The position numbers and the translations under genes were made by a program. Shown here piece by piece: positions 35,946 to 49,700 of a stretch of 64,000 bases of DNA. The stretch is from NCBI RefSeq assembly GCF_036321535.1, contig NC_087437.1, positions 27,530,001 to 27,594,000 on the forward strand, written 5' to 3'. The stretch comes from Camelus dromedarius (lineage: Eukaryota). Under the pieces are notes generated by a model. That model ran no database searches. It was given only the letters and a program-made list of their open reading frames with translations, and was not told the DNA's origin. Numbering within the stretch: the stretch's first letter is position 1; each line of letters opens with the position of its first letter.

Positions 35946-38856
35946 TGCCCAGCATGGAGAAAAGCAGAATTAATGTTGCCTTTCATAAGTGTTATTTCCT
36001 TGAGGGAGAACTAAACAAGACTTGAAGGAGACTTGCATTGTAGGGAGGTTCTTATTATCTCTCATAGGGAATGATTACTTGGAGAAAACATGATTTTGAA
36101 ATGGAGCTTAAATATGGTATTTATAGATCTATACTTTGTCATAATTTTCCTCTGGCCTGTGTTCAGACTGTCTTCCATCCAAGTGTCTCCAAACCATTTG
36201 GTGCAGGTGAGATTCACAGAAATTTCTATATTACAAGTTTCCTACCTCGTACAACAGCATTTGAATGGTAATTAATACTTGCTGTTTCTTTTCCCACCAA
36301 TCCTTTCTAATCGCTTTAGGTGTTTTGTATGCAGCCAACATAAGAATTGGTATATTTTGGCCTTAAGTCCAGTTTTTCTGGCATGAAGGTCTATTTTTTA
36401 CAGAATAAAATAGTGAAGGCTCAGACCCAGACACCATCCCGCTCCAGGCTGTGGGTCTCGTGAGGCTCTGAGGCATCTCTGGGTCAACTGCTGGGTTTCA
36501 TTTTCATTCAGAGGCACAAAATCAAGTTTGTGTAGTACTTAAGGCTACCCTGTGATGGATCAGAAAGATCTGGAGGCTACGGGTAACTAACTCAGAGACA
36601 TAATCCAATCCTCCAGACCCTCTCAGTTATTTCTAATAGGGTTTCACCGCTTTCTTGAACTTTGTTGGGCACCACATATAAACCAGGTGAGGAAAATTTC
36701 TTGTCTTGAAGGAGGCAAAGACAAAGACTGATTAACGAAGTACAGCCTAATTGGCCCCTGTTAAATCCAGGGTACCCCTGGCAGCTGGAGCATGAGAATT
36801 GTCACTCTCCGAGCTGCTCCGAGAGTGGCTACAAAATCGCCAGAGCTGGTGCATGTGCACTTTTAGGGTCCTTGAGAGCAGGTCTCTGTCTCTGCCTGCT
36901 GCGGGCTGGGGCGGGTGCGGCAGGAGCGGGGTCAGGGGTGTCTGTGCTGTTCTTCTCCAGGCTTCACCCATGCCGCCTGGGAAGTGGTGCTGATAAGGGT
37001 ACCTCCCTGACCGGTGGCTGTGTGCCGTAGGTGAACTCGTGCACGTGGAATGCACGTCACTTGTGGCAGCCAGTATAGCCAATACATAGCAGTGTTATTT
37101 CTACTGATTTCTCCAAATTCAGATACTGTGATTGTATTCTGTCCCCCGCCGTGGGCATCATATCTCAGAAACAGACTCTAGCATTCTGATTCCTGGAGCA
37201 TCCACCTTGCATGCCATGGTTGCAGTGTCACTTAGAGGTGGTGCGGACAGGATCTGAACACTTGGTGTCAGTGGTAGGGTTTGCGGGACTTTGAGGAAGG
37301 GGTGGACAGAGAGGGGATGGTGCTGATAGTGTGAGGATATGCTTTTTACTCTGTGCTCAAGGGCTCAGTTAATTCCTCAGTTTTAATGAGCAGATTGTGC
37401 TAAAAATTATCTAAGATCCTTTCCTCCTTAAAACTTTAAGGTTTTTGGGGTTTTTTTTGGCAGTTCTTGTATATTTCTAAAATGTTTGTTCAGACTCTGA
37501 TTCTAGCAACATGTTCTAAAACTGTGTGTGTGTGCTGTTTGTTTTGAGGGGCAAAGCGTGGAACCCATTTTTTTTTTTTTTTGTATTGAAATCTTAAATA
37601 GAACCCTAGTGGATAAGACAGATGAACACGTACCTTTGAATGCGGTGGAGATGCAGGCAGGAGTTAGCCTACCTGCTCAGTCTCTACCTTGTTGCCCCCA
37701 GGATATGCCTACAACCCTTTGTGGCTAAGGAATACAGTTTGAAAAGTGTGTCAGTTTAGAACACTTTGGTTCTAGAACAAGTCTGCTCCACAGGTTGTAG
37801 TTGTAGACTTCGTAAATGTTTTAGTAACTCAAAACCAACAACTTGACACATTTTGAAGTCAAGATGGAGATAATAGGGAACAAGGAGAATCTTGCTAATT
37901 GCATTTGGTCCCTTTCCTTTGGGAAATTACAGTATTGGGACATGCAAAACACCAGTGAGATAGCCAATTAATTCAAAACTGGGTTTCCTTTCTGGCTTTA
38001 GAAGCCTCCTTTGCCAATGCTGCTCTGTTGGTGTGAGGCCTGAGTGTTGGGCACTGGACCAGGAGGTCGGGGTTTACCTCTTCACCCCTAAGCTCCTCAG
38101 CCCCTTCTTTCCGGATCAGATGTCTGGAGGCTAGAATGTTGAAGACTAGACTCCGTGAAATCTAGACTGTCTAGTAACTTGACTTTCAGTGCTGAATTCC
38201 GTTGTGTCCCCTTTTGTGATCATTGGAATACCAATTACACCATTTAGGCATTCCTGCGCTGGGCCTGGAACAGAGAGAGCCATCGGGTCAGTCCAGTTAT
38301 CCAGCCTGCAGGTACGCATGTGGGCTGGAGAGCTTCACGGAGTCAATACCTAATGTCACCACTAAAACGTTTAAATATTTGTCTTTTCTTTGAATGACAG
38401 TGCCTTCCTATTTTGTAGGCTTATTTGGTGTATGCATGTGTGTATTCTAGTTAAAAGTTAAATTTTTTGGTGAGGATAACTTATTTCCTTAACTCCGATA
38501 CATGTATCCATGTATATATTAAATCCATAATTACATGTATTTATTATTGGTAGTGCTTTAGAATGAATTGGTGTGGAAGGCAGGGCTCACCTGAGGAGGT
38601 GAGCTCCTTTTGTTCGCCGTGGATGATGGTACTGCAGCACTGGGAGCGCACAGCTCGCTTGGAGGATGGTGCTCTCTGTGCTGCGCTGTGAATGTCTGGC
38701 TTTCCTTCAGAAATAGGCACCCCTTTTGGAACTGTGATGTACTTTTCATCTCACCTTTAAGATCGAAGAGGAACCTTTTGATCAGAGGTACATTGCTCCA
38801 GGAAGTACTTTTGAAGAGATTTCACTTGCCAGAGGTTTAACCAAAACAGATTTAGG

Positions 38857-38991
38857 TAGGGTGACCTGGTAATTTATTATTCAAACTGGGGCACTTTTGA
38901 GAGCAGAACGGGATGTGAGTTATCACTATACTTGGGGCTCCAAGAGTGAACCTGGTCTGTCCTGGGCGTATTGGGACATATTTTCACCCTA
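38857..38991 (+). mobile_element. MER94-like (hAT-Blackjack) MITE, full length
   Basis: TIRs TAGGGTGA...TCACCCTA, 135 bp. Confidence 0.8.
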
Positions 38992-40726
38992 CAGTAGATA
39001 CATTCTGGATAGTCAGAATAGAAATTTTGAACACCTCCAAATCTTTTGAAAGCCCAGGACCTATTTAAAACCTTACAATGAGCCTCAAGATAGAAAGGCT
39101 TTGCCTTTGTCCCTCTTTGTAGTGAATGCTGCTGCAATGTAGGACTGGCAGCTACTATGAGTCAGTTTAGCATGTATTGTGTATAAACACTCTGCGCTAA
39201 TCTTTAGGAGGAGTCTTTCATCAGCCACTTAAAGAGCTCATTACTTTTCCAAACAAAAGCTATGAGTTCCCCTGGTTTGTAGTTTAATCCCCAGTGCATT
39301 CTTTTTCTGCTCTGTTTATTCTCTGTTCTAATTCTGATTCCTTCATGACGTCTCTGTGTTAATCCATCCTGTTCTCTCCCTTCTATAATCCCTGTATTTA
39401 ATTCTGAGTTATTTGGAACCTAATCCCTTTTTTGTTATGTGATAAATATTTCAGATTTGTAAGCACGCTAAAGGGAGAGCTCTGGGTCGACTACAGTGTT
39501 CACCTCACTGCTGGGGGTACAGTGGGTCCTCGCTGTGTGGATGGAGAGGTGGGTGTGGCTGGAGAGGCTATTGATTGGGATGGAGTAACAGAGCACGGGT
39601 GTGTTTCGATTATAAAAAGAAGGAAGGCTATTCAAATTGATGGACACGGTGGTTTGAAATTGGAGAAAGGAGCCAAACGTCACGTTACCTAGCCTCATCA
39701 AATTGTTTGTGTAAGAGTCGCTGCTTCCAGAACATATAATGGACTTATGTTCACCTCTTACTTCCTTATTAACCTAGCTCTATTTATATATATATTTAAA
39801 CCTATGTTTTAGTGACAGTTTACCTAAGCACAACCCAGTACTGATGAACATTTTCCAGGGTGTGTAGGTGTTAAGACCTAATCTTGAAAAAGCAATAAAC
39901 TCCTGATTTGTGTAAATGACTGTGGTCGTTTTTCCCTGTTCAGAATACCATTCCTGCTGTAGCTGTACTCACACTAAATTAGACTAAAACTAAGACATCT
40001 GCAAGCAAGCTTGTTAGGTAACTTTATGCTGAGGGCATCACATCCATTATGCTGGACTTCGGCTTTCCATCTGCCCAGACCGAGTTCTTTTAGGTCATGG
40101 ATGTTTCTGGCCCCGTTCATTCTGTGTGTTGCACATCAAGCGTGGACTCGTGACCCCTCTGTGTTTAATGATTGGATGCTACTGGCCTTGATTCTCCGGG
40201 GGGTGGGGAGCATCCTGATCTTCAGAGCCAGTGTGGTTTATGCATTTAATTCTGAAACAGGAGAGAGGTAAAATTTTCTAAACTGTATCATACGCTTCCT
40301 CATCCTCATTTGAAAATACCCGTGTATGAGAGAGATTAGAGAGGTGTCTCGCATGTGTGAATGTTGGGGACACCATCCTGCCCCTCCAAAAAAAAGGTGA
40401 AGGTGGTGGCGGTGGCGGAGGTATATTGTCAGCACTGTGTTATGCTAATATCGAAGCTAGGTTCTAATCTACCTAACTGGATACAAAGCGTTTAATAAAC
40501 GTTTGCCAAATTGAATTCAACTGATAGTCAAGTTTAGGCTATCTAGAATTGTGGGGGGCGGGAGGATTGGTGAGGAGGAAGCCAAACTAGATGGCCACCA
40601 CTTGTTACGTAACTCACCGGTGTGTAATGAGGAAATAGCCCTTCATTTTCTTACATTACTTCTATTAGGGAGGTCGGTTGCTTATCTAAAGGATAAAGCC
40701 ACAATGCCCACATAATTCTGTAAAGC

Positions 40727-40890
40727 CAGGGGTCTCAAAGTGTGGTTCCTGGAACTGGACCACAGCACCAGCATCTTTAAGAACTTGCTAAAAATGCAAG
40801 TTCTCCAGGATTACCCCAGACCCTTACCCCTGGCAGTGGGCTCAGGGATTTGTGTTTTAACGAGCATGTTAAAGTTGAGAATCACTATTA
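40727..40890 (+). mobile_element. MER5A (hAT-Charlie)
   Basis: TCTCAAAGTGTGGTTCC...AAAGTTGAGAATCACT. Confidence 0.75.
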
Positions 40891-41629
40891 AACCAACAGT
40901 TTGTAGCAGCTTTAGGTTGTGAAGACCTTTCAGAATTTGATGAAAGCCAGAAAGCTAGAAAAGTGTACAAACACATTTTATACAATAGTGGGGGGTTTGG
41001 GAACCCCTGGTTAAGTACTATGATATAAACTAAGCATTTTAGTTTTCAGAATATACCCTGTTAGACTTATTAGAGTAAGTCACACACCTGTGATTATTCT
41101 GTTTTGAGAATTTGGTGATTTGTCACCCCTAGTAGCATGTGTAGCCTTGGCCTGTGCTTTGTCCCCGGCTTTTTTTGTGGCCAGCTCGTGCTCTGAGATC
41201 TCTCCAGACGTTAATCTAGGCCCTGTGATTAATGTCAGCATGGTGCCTGCCAGGTGGTCCTGACCCATGCTCACTCAGCCAGACTTGATGTGGTGGATGC
41301 TCTGGTGGCCCCCCACCCAGCCAGAAGGAGGGGAAGGGATTTTAGTGAATTCCCTTTACTTTAAACAACTTAAGTTTTGTAGTTAATACGCTTTAATTTT
41401 TAGTGAACTCCATTTACTTTAAAGAACTAAATTTTAAAACAATTTGCTAATGAATATGTGGGCAAATTAGAAAATACAGATTAGTGAAAAGAAGGAAAAA
41501 AGATTGAGAAATTTATCTTTGGGTAAACAGTTTCTTATAAATGACAAAATAAAGTAAAAGAAGTCACTTGGTGACTTTAACACTCGAAGGGAGTTTGTGC
41601 CTCCTAGTTATGCACTAGGTTAATAACAG

Positions 41630-41850
41630 TAGCAATAATAGTTATGCCTGACGTTTATTGACTTTTTATAACATGCCAGATACTGTTGTGTCTAAATTCC
41701 TTATTTGTATTATCTCATTAAAACCTGATAGCTAGTATATGAGATAAGTGTTGTTAATGTACCCCAATTTAACAAGGACAGTGAGGCACAGAGTGGTTAA
41801 GCATCTTGCCCAAGGTCACACAGCTGGGAAGGATTTGAGTTGAGGCAGGG
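41630..41850 (-). mobile_element. MIR SINE
   Basis: GAGGCACAGAGTGGTTAAGCATCTTGCCCAAGGTCACACAGCT. Confidence 0.85.
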
Positions 41851-42594
41851 AAATGTTATAGTTCTGTCTCAAACATGTACCTTCTGCTGGTCTTCTCAGA
41901 TGATTGGAAAACACTGCTGTGAATTACTGTTGGGTGGTGGGGGAGGAGAGGAGACCCCTGCGTGAATGCACTGAGGCTGAGGGGTGGGGAGTAGGTGAGG
42001 TGGGTGCAGAGATGGGTCAACAACTCAGTAGTGTGCACAGGTCTTAAGCATTTAGGGTGGCCCAGCACCCTTTAATTATTAGGCTAGTCCTCAGCTGTAC
42101 CTTGAAATAGCTCTCATTACTTTGTTATCAGCATAAGAGACAGCTACTAAAATGGTAATTGGAATCATCCCAACTTACCTTAAAATGATGGGCACTCACT
42201 TAATTTTAAACTGGACAACATTACATTCTCTGTGCTGAACATTCATATACAGCTGGACCCAGGAGGAAATGTATAAATGTGGTGTTCACGATCTACTAAC
42301 GTTGTGGGGGCTGAAAGAATTATCATAGGTCACTGAGCCTTTAAATAATATTTGTTTGTGAAGTCACCTTGTACTTTGATCTTGAGTTTAATGCCAATTT
42401 GGGTCATGTCAACTTTCCAAAATGTCACGAGCTTTGCATGTTTCCTCACTAATTTAATTTTCCCTAAAATTATTTCCCAGAACACTAAGTGGACTTTCTG
42501 TTTGTTTGTTTCCTGTAATTTCGTTTAAAAGAAAGAATCCAAAAGTGAATTGATTTAATACACTTAGTGAATAAGGAGTTGTCTCTGAGAGATG

Positions 42595-42835
42595 AGTAAT
42601 GTGGAGGCTAAGAATGTGGGCTGCAGGGTTGAAATTCTTGGATTCAAATCCTGCCTCCCTCGCTTATCAGCTGTTTGAGTCTGGCTAAAATACTTAACTC
42701 ATCTGTGAAATGGGAATAACTCTCTGTATCCCATCGGATTGTTGTAAGAATTCAGTGAGATAACACCCATTACTCACAGAGTGTCAGTGCAGTCTCTCAG
42801 GTGTGGAGAGCCCTTAGTAAATGTTAGCAGTGATT
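42595..42835 (+). mobile_element. MIR SINE
   Basis: GGATTCAAATCCTGCCTC...CTCATCTGTGAAATGGGAATAA...GTAAATGTTAGC. Confidence 0.8.
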
Positions 42836-43559
42836 AGATACTAGAATGGCAGAGAACTGCGGGCAGTGGTTGGATCTCCTGCCACTGCTCCCAACCCTCA
42901 CCCACTCAGCAGTTTATCCAGGTGACTTTTCCGTGTCAGCTCTTAAAGCTCTACATTTTTTTTTAAACAGTTGCACACCATTCCGTTGGAGGAAAGAATC
43001 GTGATGTAATCATTTCCTATGAACGGATATTTGGATTCTTATTTTCCTCTTCATTGCAAACATCTCACACTCTTTATTTCCTCGCTCCGTCCGACATTCC
43101 CCTCAGCACTTTGAAGGTTGTGTTTTGAGGTTGGTCTTCAATACCACTGCTGTAATTGTTTCCATTATTTTGTAAACACTTGCCTGGTGGGGAATCAGAA
43201 GAGTATGTGCTCACTTAGCATAAAGCTAAATAATTATTGGACATCCTGCCCTGTAAATTGAAGAAGCGAGGGCGGTAGGAGTGAGTTTTGTCAGATGGTA
43301 AAGAAGAAAGTGCCTAAGCGCCTTTACTGAAGACTTCTTATGGCCCGTCTCTCAGAAATTCAAACCTGAGCTCATTAGCTGGTTTGTCATTGTGTGAAGT
43401 GCACAGAGCCCAGGACAGAGAGTTCCTCACTTATATTCTGTGAAGTCCCTGAAATTGTTGCTCCTCAAACTGCAGCTGAATTTGTGCATTTAAAAGCTTT
43501 TTCCTGGTCATAATATTCCTGGGAAGCTGGAGTCTCCTCTCCGGCCTCTTTGCCTTCAC

Positions 43560-44105
43560 TCGCCTCCTCCTCCAACCCCTGTCGTCCCCATTGCGGCCAC
43601 TGCAGACGGACCTCTAATCTCACACATGCCGTGTCTTGGCATGCCGTTGCTCGCACCCACATAGGGAAGATTTTGATCCAGATTTTGATCCTGGCCTGCG
43701 AGGCTCTCTGTGACCTGGCTGGCCGCTGCCCAGTTCCGTCACTGCACTTCCTCTGTCTCAGCCCCACTCCGACCGGCGCAGCTGCACTGGCCTCGCTCCA
43801 CCTCCTCCCGCTTCAACACGTCCAACCCATCTTGGAACCTCTGCGAATGCTCTTCCTCCCTGTGTCCTCCTCGTGTTCTTCAGGTCCGCTGTTCTGATCC
43901 CCCTTCATTGTGACTGCTCCTGGTCACCTCATCACATGACACGCCCCCTCACGTCCTGCCCCCATTCTGCTGGGCGGTTCCTTCCCAAGGATTATCAACC
44001 CCTGAAGTCCGGTACATTGTCTCATTCACGGCTGTCTCTGCAGCCCCTGGATGAGTGCCTGGTGCAGTGGAAATCCTCAACAAATCCTTGTTGAACGAAT
44101 GAAGG
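43560..44105 (+). mobile_element. LINE-2 3' region
   Basis: Ends GTGCCTGGTGCAGTGGAAATCCTCAACAAATCCTTGTTGAACGAATGAA. Confidence 0.7.
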
Positions 44106-47100
44106 AATCAAGGAAGGGGAGATACTTGTGGAATATAATGTATGAGGCTGTATTTTGAGACTTTAGCCTGAATATTGATGAGAGAAACTAAAAGTAGATC
44201 TAACATTGTAAAGGTAAAGAGTTAGAAAATCTTACAGTTTATTTTTCAGAGCATAGGCATGTAGTTTCTGAGAAATTTTCAAAAAGCAGAAGTACCATGG
44301 GCTGATTTCTCATCTTTGAGCATCATTATCTTCTGGTTTTTGATTTTGCCCTTGTGCTTGTATCTTATATCATGAAAACACTTCTGAGTCTTTATTCTCA
44401 TCTCCTCAAACGCCACTTGTGGTCTCCTTCCCCTCCTGTCCCTCGTCTTCCCTCAAACTAGTGATGGTGTTTTTACAGTGTAGTAGGGATTCCTTCTCTC
44501 TAGGGAAGTGGGAGTATATGGGTGCTTCATTTAAGAGCATCACCCCCCATAAGGAGTGGTCTCAGACTGTTCTTGGCTTGTTTCTGCGTTGGGCTCAAGG
44601 GCTTTCCAGGGAGGCAGATAGAATCTTTGCCCAGCCTCATCCAGACTGTTTCTGTTTCCATCTGTCTGATGTGTTAGTGTTCTCTGTAAGATTTTGTTTG
44701 GATAAAAATTCACCTCATGAATAAAACAATATGGGAACACTTCTGATTTAGAAGAGTCTCCTCCCTTTTCAGGGAATAACGAGAGGGCCTGGAACAGGGC
44801 CTTGCGTCCCTGAGGATTGGAGACAAAGGCAAGAGTGGCCTGTTCTGCATGAGTCTGACTAGTTCTGATTCAAGGACACATTTGATTGACGTCTGTGCCT
44901 TGAATTTAATTACAGGAGTTCCTGCGCCACTGGCCTAGGTTCTACTTGGTGGTGTAGACAGGTGCCCTTGGCTTTGCTGCCACCTTTCTCCGTCTTCTTT
45001 CAGTTCCTCCTTTCTCCTGCTTCTGTTTGTGGTACAGCGTTGCTTTTGGGAACTTTATGCTAATGGATGCTCCTGGCACTGTAAGATTGGGGAAGGCTCT
45101 TCTGATTTCTGTTAAATAATTAGATTTCCCTTCATGTCCTCAATTTCCAAGGCATTCAGAATCCTCCATTACAGTGAGAACATGAGCTCATCAAAGCCAA
45201 AATGTAAACAAGTTTGTGAATTATTTGAACCTTATCATTGAATGCATCTGGAAATCCCAAATGTAAGGAACTTCTGGGCTCACATTCATAGTATCACCCA
45301 AATGGAAAGCAGTTTGGATGAACTTAACGTTAAACACAGGTTGCCTAGACTCTAGACATTAATATAATTATCCTTGCACAAGAGCATTTGTTGTATAATA
45401 GTACAGTCCTTTTTTAATGGGGGAGGGAGTGCATTTTTTACTTCCACATTAGTCTTAGCTATGGGAAACAGGAGAAGGGGTGCCGCATGTCATTTTCCTT
45501 GCATATTCTTTTGTATTCTAGCACCTTGAAGATTTTAAGCAAACGGAGGAGAGAGTAAGTGACATGAAAAAATCAGTGGAAAGGAACTCCAGTCATAGGG
45601 GAAGAGCTTTGGTACAGGGAAAATGACATATATGCCCAGGGGCAGGTGGCTGTCTGGTAAGGAGAAAATCAAGGTTTAGAACCAAAAAAAATGCTGTTGA
45701 CATGACATCTGTGAAGAAAAAGACATCTCTTAGGCAGGAAGCTGTATGCTCATGCCTAGCACATCGTAGGGTTCTGTCACTTTAACACACTCCCTCCTCC
45801 CTGGAGATGAACCTGGTTTCTCATGCGGTGCTTTCAATGTGATGTAAAAGGGATTTTAGGGAAAACTAGGATTTACTTCGCAGCCGACATTGGTGAATTC
45901 TGTCAGTGCTGTAAAGTAGAAGAGAACTTTTCTAATTAAATATTGTTTGGGCAGCTCATTCTAGACTGCATTTCTTACATGTTAGAGTTTCTTACGTTCT
46001 TTAAATGAAAACTTTATTTTGACTGTTACTGGAACCATTAACTGAACACTTCATGAAATATATGGCTTAAGACAGTATTTCTTACTGGGAGTTTTTTGCT
46101 ACTTTTATTATATTTGACCTTCGGCTGTAGAAGGGATTGTACATTTAGGAAGTCATGAAAATAACGGAATGCTATTAAGGAAGTGGCGATAATTGAAACA
46201 CTTGATGAGAAGAGGAATTTAAATGCACAACTTAACCAAATTCAAGTAGCTAGACATAAAACCTTTTAAAAACAAAACAGTACCAGGTTTATATGGTAAT
46301 TTCTCTTCTGTTTCAACCTAAATTCTAACTAGCCACTGTTGATTATTTCCAAGAACTGTTAGCTTGTGAAGTTGTGTAATTGTTAAAAATAGAATACATA
46401 CAAGCTACAAATGAGTGCCTGGTTTTTGTTTAGATGTAAATAGTTTTCCAGTGGCAACTCCTCAGCTGTAGTTGGAAACTTCACCTGCAGCAGAGTGATG
46501 AGAAATGAACCTTGTAAATAATGAGTGTTTTGGGCTCAGTGCTATTCAGGAAGCAGCTGTCATAGTGCAGCTCTTCACTGTAGTCTGTTTCCTAGTATGT
46601 AGATTGTTTTATCAACTGCATTACAAGTACTTATGAAATGCTCTATGATCCTAGTTAATTTATTAATTTCTCCAAGCCTCAATAAAACGGGAGAGTATTT
46701 TTACTAAACTCAGTCCTATGTTTTCTAAAATCTCAAGGAAGTAGCTTGAAATGCTCTATTTTAAGATGCATGGGGTAATAGACTTGATCTGAATAGCAAG
46801 GATGCTTCTATTTTTTGAGTTGACATGTTTTCCAGATGAAATATTAGTAAAACATTTAAAATAATCATCTAAATCCTAGGAAATAATGTGAATGTTTTAG
46901 GCTACAGAGAATGTGTGTTAATATTTTTAACATTTATTACTCACTTTAATGTCAGTTTTCAGTAGAACTGCTGTGAATCACTGACGGTTTTTATGGTGCC
47001 TAATTCGTTAAAGAGAATTCAGTCCACACTAATGACATGGTAATTGTTCTAATGTATATTTGAAGAAGAAGAAAATATTGTGAGCAAAGTGTCCTCTATT

Positions 47101-47434
47101 TTTTTGTGCTGAGTTAAACTGCTGTTTGTAAAGAAATAAAAACTTTCGATTATTCCTGTCCTGGTCAAAATCTTATCAAAAGGCAGGGCCATAAAAACAG
47201 TTCTAAATGGATGCTTCCAGGTTGCTCCTTTGGGCCACAGTCATCACTTCATTCTCGTCAGTAGATTTTCTATCCAATATGTCCCTGAGGCAGAGCACAG
47301 ACCTCTCAACAGGCTTTCAGAATACACTTCTCTTAACCTGTGGGGCATTTATAAGTGAGCCAGCAGTGTTTATAAAGCACTTGTTCTCTGCAGAGATCTA
47401 TTACCAGATGACGTGGAGGAGTCACAGAAGTAAT

Positions 47435-48510
47435 TCAGGGTGGATCATAAACCTACATGTAAAACTGAAACCATAAAGCTTCCAGAAGCAAACACAGTAT
47501 GTTCCCCACGTTGGATAGGCAAGGATTTCTTTGGATATAAAATATACTAAACCATGCAATAAAAAGTTAATAAATTATACCTTATCAAAATTTAAAACTT
47601 CCATTTTTTTCATTAGATATCATAAAGAAAATGAAAGGCAAGCCATGGACCGGGAGGAAATAGTCACAATTTATATCTCTGTTAAAGGACTCAAGACTGC
47701 TTTAAGAACTCTCATAACTCATTAATAAAAAAGACAAAGAACTCAGTTTTTTTTAAATGACCAAAAGATTTAACTGAACAAATCACGAAAGAACTTGTTT
47801 GACCAAGGAATACATGAAAAAGATGCTTCAGTGAGATGCAGATTAAAATGACGAGATACCACCTCATACTCATTAGAATGGCAGAAAAACAAAACAAATA
47901 GCCAAAAGCTGACAATACTAACGGTTGTCAAGGAAACAGAACAGTTAATACTTTCATATGTTTTTGGTAGGAGTGTAAAATAGGAAATCTACTTTGGAAA
48001 ACAGTTTGGTAACTTCTATCAAGTTAAACATATAACTATCTGTGAGCTAGTAATTTGAGTCCTAGGTGCTTACCTAAGAGAAATGAAATCATACGTCCAC
48101 AAAAAGACTTTTGCTAGAATATTTGTAGCAACTTTATTCATGATAGCCAGAAACTGGAAATGACCCAAATGTTCAGCAGCAGATTAAAATGAGTAAACAA
48201 ATCGTGGTACACTGATGGAAAACCACTCAGTGATCAGAAAGAGTGATACATGCCGACAGTATGGATAAATCTCAAAACTGTATTGAGTGAAAGAAGTCAG
48301 ACTGCGTGTCTGTTTAAATGCATCTCTACTGCAGGTAAAACTAAGTTCTAGCGACATAAGCCAGAAATGTGGACACTTTGGAAAGGAACACAAGGGAACT
48401 TTTGTGATGGAAAATACTGTATTGTAGTAAATAGGGTGGTGATTACATGGTGTCCACATTCCTTGAATTTACATTTAAAATGCTGTCCATTTTATTGTGT
48501 GTAGTTTACA
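47435..48510 (+). mobile_element. Old L1 (L1M) ORF2 3' end and 3'UTR
   Basis: GAGATACCACCTCATACTCATTAGAATGGC; GCAACTTTATTCATGATAGCCAGAAACTGGAAA. Confidence 0.9.
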
Positions 48511-49479
48511 CCCCAACCTAAATTCAGTGGGGAAAAAGTCAAAGCCAGAAAACTCGCCCTTGGAGCAGGGAGGACACTGAGCAGACACGATGCATGTTGT
48601 AAACTATGTGGAGATGGTATGTGGTGTTAGAATGACGGCAGAGATGGCGGGGACTGTGGCCGATGTGAACGCCGAGAACAAAGCCTGTCAAAGCCGGTCC
48701 TCCTCCTGGGCAGGAGATGGTTTGTGTTGTGTTTTGAGGACAGAAGTTGCTAAATGTTAGAGGTCAGGATTGGAGGGAGACTGTTTCAAACAGGGTCAGG
48801 GTCTCAAGCCAAGGGCTCAAAATAAGAATAAAAGAAGACATGTTTTGAGGTCAGTAAGTGTATTAATTGAAGTTGTTTCCCTGCTCAGTCTATTATTTCC
48901 CACCCGTCAATTGCTGAATCGATTTCCTCTTTCAAGACTTGGCCTAATTCTCTTCTTTCTGTCCACAGGATGCTCCTACAGCCTGTGTCCTTTTCCCCGA
49001 TTGTATCCTATATGTTGAGTATTTATCTTAGAAAGTGTTTTCTGGGAGAAGTGGCCTTTCCTCCACTGCCCCAACTGAGATGCTGAGTCCACAGTCGTGC
49101 TGGTTGAGGTTCTGTGGGTGGAGGTTTGATAGATGTGCAGGAGAGGACATCCGTTGGAATGGAGGTTTACGACATGAAGTGTATGCTGTCGGTTTTTACA
49201 TACATGAGTGTTAATGGCTATAAGTTTTTTGACTGTCAGCTATGTACCAGGCATGATGATAACTTAGCGTAGTTCTTCTTCAGTAAGTATTTTATTATAG
49301 AGTATTTTTCGGTAAGTATTTGGTAGGTATTTACAGATGAGTATACCAAGCAGACAGAGGTTAAGCGACAAGCTGGGATCTCTCTCTTTGGCCCCACTGT
49401 CCTTGTCGGCATCACACTTGTACTTGCTATCAAACGCTGTACTTGTGTTACTAAGGGGCGAGCTGATGATGGCGATGGC

Positions 49480-49700
49480 ATCAGTAAACAGTGATTGTTC
49501 TCCTACGTCATGCCAGTCAGTCTGTGGGCATTTTATGTACATTAATTCAGTTAACTGCCATGATGAGTGAGGGAAATGACTCATAGAGTCATTAAATAAA
49601 CTTGTCAGGGTCATATCAGAGTAAGTGGGATGGAGTCAAGATTTGAACTAGTCTGGTTCCAGAACACATGGTCTTTGCTCTTTGTTACCGCGCTGTACTG
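49480..49700 (-). mobile_element. MIR SINE
   Basis: TTAAATAAACTTGTCAGGGTCATA...GATTTGAACTAGTCTGGTTCCAGA. Confidence 0.7.
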
